This document shows positions 56,059 to 64,000 of a stretch of 64,000 nt of DNA, one piece after another. The translations under genes were made by a program, and so were the position numbers. The notes below the pieces were generated by a model. The model ran no database searches. It worked only from the letters and a program-made list of their open reading frames with translations, and was not told where the DNA came from. Source of the stretch: Eledone cirrhosa (Eukaryota); NCBI GenBank assembly GCA_964016885.1, contig OZ024756.1:39866001-39930000 (forward strand). The letters are read 5' to 3'. Position 1 is the stretch's first letter; each line of letters starts with the position of its first letter.

Positions 56059-56195
56059 CATTGTTTTACGATTGTTTCAGAGGGTCGATTGCTCAATGGA
56101 GATCGATGTATCAACTAGCATGGTAGTGGTTAAGTAACTACCTATTTCTAGTCTCGAAATCCCTGTTCAATCGGCCGTCTTCCTCAGAAACAATG
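56059..56195 (-). ncRNA. Type I hammerhead motif with ~100-nt stem II
   Basis: Minus strand: CATTGTTT CTGAGGA [AGACGGCCGATTG...CAATCGACCCTCT] GAAA CAATCG TA AAACAATG; perfect 8-bp stem I. Confidence 0.75.
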
Positions 56196-56458
56196 TGTAT
56201 GTATGTGTGTGTATATATATATAACCCACTCTACTACTCAAAGAATCGAGTACTCCGGTGGGTGCGTTATGGTCCAACTGGTTCCTTACCACGCCTCCTT
56301 CGTTTTATATATATAAACCGTCACTCTCTATAATATTTATACTCCAGTTGATACCTTATCGATAACATTTTAAGGAATACAAATCGTAGAGTGCTTTACA
56401 TCAGTTAACAACAAAAGTCGGTGGCTTATCTGATCAACTTTCCTAAATTGAATTATAT

Positions 56459-56492
<34 letters not shown>

Positions 56493-57203
56493 CACTTCCA
56501 CATCCTCTTCCCACACTCAGCCCTCCAAAAAACAAGCGTTAAACTAATATATTTCTTCCATGTACTGTGCCGTTTGTTTTGTTATTTTTCTTGCTACTTT
56601 TACACATACACAACATATATATATATATATACACACACACCGAGGAGATCCCCAGATAAAAACATCTGTTGGGTGTTCCATTCTACTTAAAGAAGAAAGT
56701 CTATAAATAGCAGCAAAAGGTGTCATCTTACCCCGTCTGGTAGAGATTCTAAATCCGTTGGTGTGGGTTGTGTAAGTTCCAGCATGGCATCTAAAGTGCT
56801 GTCTGTGTTTGGGGAGGACACATTGCTGTCTTCCATGTTTCTTGGGAAAGGTGTGTGAGGTAGAGAGAGAGATAGAGAGGGAGAAAGAGAGAGGGAGATA
56901 GCTATATATAGAGAGAGGGAAAGAGGATAACACCAGACTTGTGAGAGGGAGAGAGAGTGGTGGTGGTGTCGGTGAAAGTTACAAAGTAAATGAAACAGCG
57001 TATTTAGGTGTAATTGAGTGGGATAAATATATATGTATTTATTCCTGTTTTATAGGAATTAGATTTAAGTGTGTGTATATATATATATAGAGAGAGAGAG
57101 GGGTGTATGGAAGGGAATTATATACACTGTGTATAGCGGGCAATTGGTGGTGTTTAGGTAGTGTGCGTGGAGGTGGGGAAGGACTAATATATCCTTGTAT
57201 TTT

Positions 57204-57247
<44 letters not shown>

Positions 57248-57843
57248 TAAAAATATATATATATACTATTAACAAAGCGACTATATATATATATATAATC
57301 ACGTTATAGTTATCCGCAGAGTAAATGTAAACACAGTAAAAATTCCATGGTGAAGTAGTTTGAATAAATAAATATATATTTAATATATATTTAATATATA
57401 TATTAAATATATATATTAAATATATATATTAAATATATATATTTAATATATATTAAATATATATTAGGTAATATTTAATCCGGTTGGGTAGTGTTTCCGT
57501 AGTTTCTCCGCTGACAAGTAACACAATAGTTGAAATGATGTTATTGTTGGTGCTAGTGATGTTATTGTTGTTGGTAGTGATGATGTCTTTTGCTGTGTAA
57601 AGCTAACAAAATACATCTATCTATGTGTCTGTCTATCACACATCTATATATATATATATATTCATCTAGCTAACACCAATCGAAAGAAAAATCGATCGAG
57701 GTGTGCCAGCCCTAACCCGTTTGGGAAAGGCATGAATATCACATTTTCCCTTCCCTACCTCCGTTATCAACGTGAGAACCCATGCTTGCACCACCAACTT
57801 CATGCAATTAAATGTATGTATTGTTAAATAGATGTTATACATC

Positions 57844-57874
<31 letters not shown>

Positions 57875-57885
57875 ACGTATACGTG

Positions 57886-57947
<62 letters not shown>

Positions 57948-59142
57948 ACGTATACGTGATTTATATATATATATATGTGTGTGTGTGAGTGTGTTCTGTG
58001 TTGTTATATAGATGTTATAAAGCTATATATAGATATATGCGTGTGTGTATTGTGAGTGAGTGTCAGACATCGCTCCAATTCTGTACCCTAATTTTCCATT
58101 AGCAGGCACCCCGACGGCTGAGATTTAAAACGGGTAACATTCATCTTAATAATATTACTAACTATATTACATCAACTAATAGTAACCTTATCAATGTTTC
58201 CACCACTTTTCACTCATCTTCCAGTAATTATTATATTATGTTAGAAAGTTTTTAAACTTTTCTATCTATCTATTTATCTGTATTTGTGTCTGTCTGTGTG
58301 TATTTGTGTGTTAGTGTCAGACGATATGTCTTCGTTGTTGTTGGTGAAGCGATGAAGAACCGAGTGTAAGTAATAAGGTGTCCTCACCACCGCCGTCTCA
58401 CTAACTTCTGAACACCTCACACTTTCATACACACACACACACACACACACACAGAGAGACTGACAGACATTCACACATGAGAGAGAGAGAGAGGAGATGG
58501 GATTTGGTTGGAGAAGTAGGAGGAGCAATAGAGAAGAAGGAAAGACTAAAAATATAAAGTGAGGGGGTGAATAGAGAACAGAAAGGTTTGAAAGGGGAGA
58601 AAAGAATGCAGGGGTGAAGGGATGTAATAGATTAGAAAACAGACAGAGGAGTGTGAGAGAGAAAGGGAAGGACAAAGAGATAACGTGAGGTGTGATAGAG
58701 AGGGGGAAGAGAAAGAGAATGAGAGATAGGAAGGGGGCAAGGGAAGTGAAAAAAGGTAGAAATAGAAAAGGAGTTGCTAGAGAGAGAAAGAGAGAGTTGA
58801 GATGAACTTCATACTAAGAGGGGGTGCGGAACAGTAAGTTGAGAGAGAGGATCACTATGGAGGTAAAATATGAAGGCGAAGATGGAGGAGGAAGAGGAAA
58901 TGAAGATGAGGTGGAGGAGGAGACGGAATTTTTGTTACAACTGTTTGTATTGGTTTATGGTAATGATGATGGGAAGGGGAGGAATGACAGAGTGAGGGAG
59001 TATTAGGAGGAGGAGAAGGAAGAGAGAAATAGAAGAAAAGGGAGGGAGAGAGAGCGAGAAAGACAAAGAGAGAGGTGTGTGTGTATTGTAGTGCTGAGGG
59101 TAATGTGTATGTATGCACACTTTCACACCAGTATAATATGCT

Positions 59143-59176
<34 letters not shown>

Positions 59177-59837
59177 GCATCATGTAGGTCTAAGTGTTTC
59201 TGTGTACAGTCAGTGTGTGTGTACACGCGACATTTGTTGTGTAAGAAACAGGTATATTGTCTACTCTAGATTGTGTATGTGGTTCGTACGAGACGTGTGT
59301 ATGTGTACACGTGATGTGATTTGAGGGGACGTGTTATATATATCATATATATATATGTGTGTGTGTGAGTTATCATATATATATATGTGTGTGTGAGTGT
59401 TTATATATATATATCTTCTGACTTGTACGAGACACGTGTGTGTGTGTGTGTGTGTGCGTCTGCTTGAAATGTGATTTGTAATGATTGGCTATGTCTGTGA
59501 GTGTGTGCTTGAAATGTGATTTGGAATGCGTGTCTATGTGTGTGTATGAAATGTGATTTGTAATGTATGTGTGTGTGTGTGTGTGTTTGAAATGTGACTT
59601 GTAATGCGTGTCTGTGTTTGAAATGTGACTTGTAATGCGTGTCTGTGTGTGTATGAAATGTGATTTGTAATGCGTGTGTGTGTGTGATGTATTGTATAAT
59701 GTATGTGGCTGTGTATGTGTGTGTGTGTATGATGCAACGTGTCATGTACTCTATGTATGTGTGTGAGTGTATGTGTATGCATAAGACTATTGTTGTCCGT
59801 TGTACGTAGCTATTTATATATGTGAATCATTTAATAC

Positions 59838-59888
<51 letters not shown>

Positions 59889-60023
59889 GAGGTAAACAAG
59901 ATTCAATGAGTATGTCAAAGAATGAGTTTTACAGTAGATTGGAAGCACTCTACGAGAAAATAATTTTCCGGAGTTATTAATATTAAAATATAAATATTAA
60001 TAAAATAGATGTTTTTTGGAACA

Positions 60024-60086
60024 ATTACATTTTATTATACATATTTCGGATGTACAACAGTACGTCCTCATCAGACAAAATATAAT
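60024..60086 (-). ncRNA. Type I hammerhead ribozyme (left arm)
   Basis: Reverse complement of 60182-60244. Confidence 0.85.
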
Positions 60087-60181
60087 GATACATGACATAC
60101 CCTGAGATGTTAAATGGTTAAGATTTAATCAAGGTAGTTGATTAAATCTTAACCATTTAACATCTCGGTATGTCATGTATC

Positions 60182-60244
60182 ATTATATTTTGTCTGATGA
60201 GGACGTACTGTTGTACATCCGAAATATGTATAATAAAATGTAAT
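60182..60244 (+). ncRNA. Type I hammerhead ribozyme (right arm)
   Basis: Stem I attatattttgt/ataaaatgtaat (12 bp including 2 G-U), CTGATGA 60194-60200, stem II ggacgtac/gtacatcc, GAAA 60221-60224, self-complementary stem III ATATGTAT, predicted cleavage after A60232. Confidence 0.85.
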
Positions 60245-60285
60245 TGTTCCAAAAAACATCTATTTTATTAATATTTATATTTTAA

Positions 60286-60340
<55 letters not shown>

Positions 60341-60477
60341 CCAAAGATTAATATGGTTCATTGATTACTCAATGAATATAGTTTTACAATAGATTAAAAG
60401 CACTCAACAACGAAGTTTTCTGGAGTTATTATTATTCAGAATAATAATAAATGAAGACATTCACATAATGAAAATAT

Positions 60478-60548
60478 ATGTTTTATTATATATATTTCGA
60501 AGGTACTGTGCTGTTTTTTTCAGTACGTCCTCGTCAGATAAAATACAT
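60478..60548 (-). ncRNA. Type I hammerhead ribozyme in a diverged sister element (~60340-60600)
   Basis: Minus strand: ttttat CTGACGA GGACGTACTG..CAGTACCTTC GAAA TATATA TA ataaaa. Confidence 0.75.
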
Positions 60549-60603
60549 GAATTGATGTATGACATACCTCAACTGTCTTGATGGTTCAATTCCAGTATTA
60601 GCA

Positions 60604-60647
<44 letters not shown>

Positions 60648-60789
60648 CTCTACAAAGTTAACTGTCTGTAATAGGTTATTTCATATACAGATATATACAT
60701 AGATACATGCAGATTGTTTACACATGCATATAAATACGCATACACACATATACACATTATATATATTATTGAACAATTTTGAAAGCCGG

Positions 60790-60901
<112 letters not shown>

Positions 60902-61388
60902 CTGTCTCTAATACGTAAACATCTCAATGAAAGGACAAGATATATCAATAAATTAATAAACCAATAATCCACTCACAGAAGTATTAAAATATAATATATG
61001 TATTGTATTATATATATTGTATATATATAATATAATATATATATTATATTATATATATATATGTATTGTATTATATACATATTATACATATATATAATAT
61101 ATATATGTATTGTGGATGGGATCTGTAGTGTGTAAAAAGAATATCGAATGACGGGCTAGGTGTGTGTACATGTGTGATTGTATGTGTGTGTGTGTGTATG
61201 TGTACGTGTGTGTATGTGTGTACGTGCGTGAGTAAGTCTGCTGTGTATCCGAAACTATTCTCTCTCGACATTGTTTGCAGGACAATGTCGGTGTAGGGGT
61301 TAGGGCTGGGTTCAGTGAGACTAACAGGGGGTGAGGGGTATCGATTGTGTGTGTTTGTGTGTGTTTGTGCATGAGTGTCTATGGGTAC

Positions 61389-61448
<60 letters not shown>

Positions 61449-62096
61449 ACATTTGTTCAAATGCAAGCGCGAAAAGATAAAATAATCAGGACACCAGACA
61501 AACAGACAGACACACACACACACAGAGACATACACACAGACAGAGAGAGAGAGAGACAGACACACACACACACGCAGACAGGCATAAACACAGACACACA
61601 TATATAGACACACAGACATACACACACGCAGACAGGTATACACACACACACATATATAGACACACAGACATACACACACACACAAACTGCGCCATCCCCA
61701 CCACTGCATCAACAACAATGTCTGCGACTTGGAGGTAAAGATTGAAACAAAACTTCGACAGCCGTGAATAAAGCAGTAGAGCGCCCAGCTAAATAATGTG
61801 TGTGAGAGTCCCGGGTTCAATCGGGGGGTAACCACAGTTAGGTACTCAAAGGGGTTTTCAGATGAGTTCCTTCGAATGAAACAGTTCCAGTCCTGTAGAA
61901 GCCATTTCTAGATTAAATTTGACACTCACACCATTTATATATATATATATATATATATATATGTAGATAAATCTACCAAGAGTTTACGGTAGTGTCCAAT
62001 CCGTATGAAGAACTCAATGTATTCCGGATATCATGGAAAGAAGAGATGTAATGAAAAACCACTTTCGGTGAAAGATAAACGGTATACAGAGTCAAG

Positions 62097-62490
62097 ATAA
62101 AATATTAAACAAATAATGAATAAACAATTCCTTATATTAAACAAAAAAAGTTCATTATTTAACGATCGTTTCTAGGGTATATATGTGTTATAATTGGTAT
62201 GCATATTCAACAGATCTATGTACAAAATTATACAAAATTATACAAATTATCAAGATTAAATATACATACCTAACACATATATACGCCGTCTTCAGAAGAA
62301 GACGGCGTATATATGTGTTAGGTATGTATATTTAATCTTGATAATTTGTATAATTTTGTATAATTTTGTACATAGATCTGTTGAATATGCATACCAATTA
62401 TAACACATATATACCCTAGAAACGATCGTTAAATAATGAACTTTTTTTGTTTAATATAAGGAATTGTTTATTCATTATTTGTTTAATATT

Positions 62491-62494
<4 letters not shown>
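62097..62494. mobile_element. Perfect fold-back palindrome (197-bp arms, 4-nt spacer) carrying a long-stem-II hammerhead-like motif
   Basis: Arms 62097-62293 and 62298-62494; contains GAAGA..AGACGG, a long hairpin, GAAA CGATCG TT AAATAATG. Confidence 0.85.
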
Positions 62495-62565
<71 letters not shown>

Positions 62566-62923
62566 GTGGTAAGGAACCAGGTGGACCATAACGCACCAGA
62601 GTACTCAATACTTAGAGTAGTAGAGTGGGTAATAGGAAAAGGGTCAGGACCCCCGACTCTTTTCCTATATTGTATATATATATTATGTGTGTGTGTAAAG
62701 GGTATATATATATAATATGTGTGTGTAAAGGGTATATATATATGTGTGTGTGTGTGTAAAGGGTATATATATATAATATGTGTGTGTAAAGGGTATATAT
62801 ATATAATGTGTGTGTGTAAAGGGTATATATATATGTGTGTGTGTGTGTGTATATAAATAAATGTGTGTATTGTATTATAGCACAATCCAGCCCCACCCCT
62901 GTTAGCTGTAACAACAAACCAAA

Positions 62924-63470
62924 TACCACCACCTCATCCACCATCACCACAGCTACCACCACCGCCACCATCACTACTACTATCACCGCCACCACCACTG
63001 CTACTGCCATCACCGCCACCACCGCTACCATCACCGCCACCACAGCTACCACCACCAATACCACCACCGCCACTACCACCACCGCCGCCATCACCACTAC
63101 TTCTACCATCACCGCCACCACCACTGCTACTACCATCACCGCCACCACAGCTACCACCACCACCACCACCTCCAATACTACCACCACCACCGCCACTACC
63201 ACTGCTACAACTACCACCACTACTTCTACCATCACCGCCACCACCACTACTTCTACCATCACCGCCACCACTGCTACCACCACCGCCACCACTGCTACCA
63301 CCACCGCCACCACTGCTACCACCACCAATACTACCACCGCCACTACCACCATCACCGCCACCATCACTACTTCTACTATCACCGCCACCATCACTACTTC
63401 TACCACCACCGCCACCACCACTGCTACTACCACCACCGCCACCACTGCTACCACCACCGCCACCACTTCC
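62924..63470. repeat. (ACC)n-based degenerate trinucleotide repeat
   Basis: Directly visible; gives spurious poly-Thr and poly-Val ORFs. Confidence 0.9.
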
Positions 63471-63794
63471 TCTACAGGTACCCGAATCAGCAAAATATAG
63501 AGAACAAGGTCACTATCAGTAAAATACTGAACATTAACAACAACAACATCTAAAACAACAGAAACAGCAGTTATTACTTTTACACCAAACAACCAGCAAC
63601 ATCTAGAACAACAACAACAGCAATAGCAGCAGTTGTTACTTCTATGAAGAGCCGTGGTTTAAGGGTTTAGGTATTCGGTTCAGGAGTTCAATTCTCGGCG
63701 GCACATTGTGTCATGGGTCAGGCATTTACTGATGAAAATATATTTTTTTTAATTTCTCAAAATTTACCATATTCGAAATTATTTGAAACATACA

Positions 63795-63974
63795 AATAAT
63801 TGTTTCTACTTTTGGCACAAAGCCAACAATTATCTCAGTGTATTACTGGTACTTTATTTTATCGACTTCGTAAGGATGAAAGGCAAAGTTAACCTCGGCG
63901 GGATTTGAACTCAGAACGGCAAGGGCCGTAACTCTATGCTTCAAAAAGCATGGCGTCCGACCCTCTACCGATAC
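63795..63974 (-). mobile_element. SINE family A copy
   Basis: Reverse complement of head, core and tail. Confidence 0.8.
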
Positions 63975-64000
63975 AGAAATAATGGTGACGAAATGGTCTT

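Larger units (their letters stand above)
59885..60293. mobile_element. Penelope-like (pLTR-type) fold-back element with two hammerheads
   Basis: Inverted arms ~59982-60132 and 60138-60286 (one 2-nt indel), 5-nt spacer ggtag; (TA)n at both ends. Confidence 0.75.

Noticed and set aside
62612-63592. Mucin-like poly-Thr / poly-Val ORFs
   Set aside because: ACC trinucleotide repeat like many others in the window; no supported splice context.

Overview
Eukaryotic, AT-rich and microsatellite-saturated DNA. The repeat landscape (tRNA-derived SINEs, RTE LINE 3' ends, huge (TA)n/(CA)n tracts) looks like a coleoid cephalopod or octopus genome; this is inference, not proven. One protein-coding gene is well supported: a Cas-family adaptor (p130Cas/BCAR1/NEDD9-like) on the minus strand, with an SH3 exon at 31062-31352 spliced in phase 0 to a single 2565-nt exon at 25608-28172. 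Its first exon is not securely identified. Nearly all other ORFs in the track are microsatellite artefacts. The main unexplained signal is a set of type I hammerhead-ribozyme motifs (CUGAnGA...GAAA, palindromic stem III) in short non-coding elements bounded by (TA)n tracts. Two of these elements are long near-perfect fold-back palindromes with arms of about 150 and 197 bp. Several motifs carry a very long stem II (about 57-120 nt). This fits non-autonomous Penelope-like/retrozyme-like elements. A pri-miRNA-like hairpin, an inverted SINE pair, piggyBac-like and Tc1-like MITEs, a CRE-like LINE relic and candidate upstream exons are also noted.
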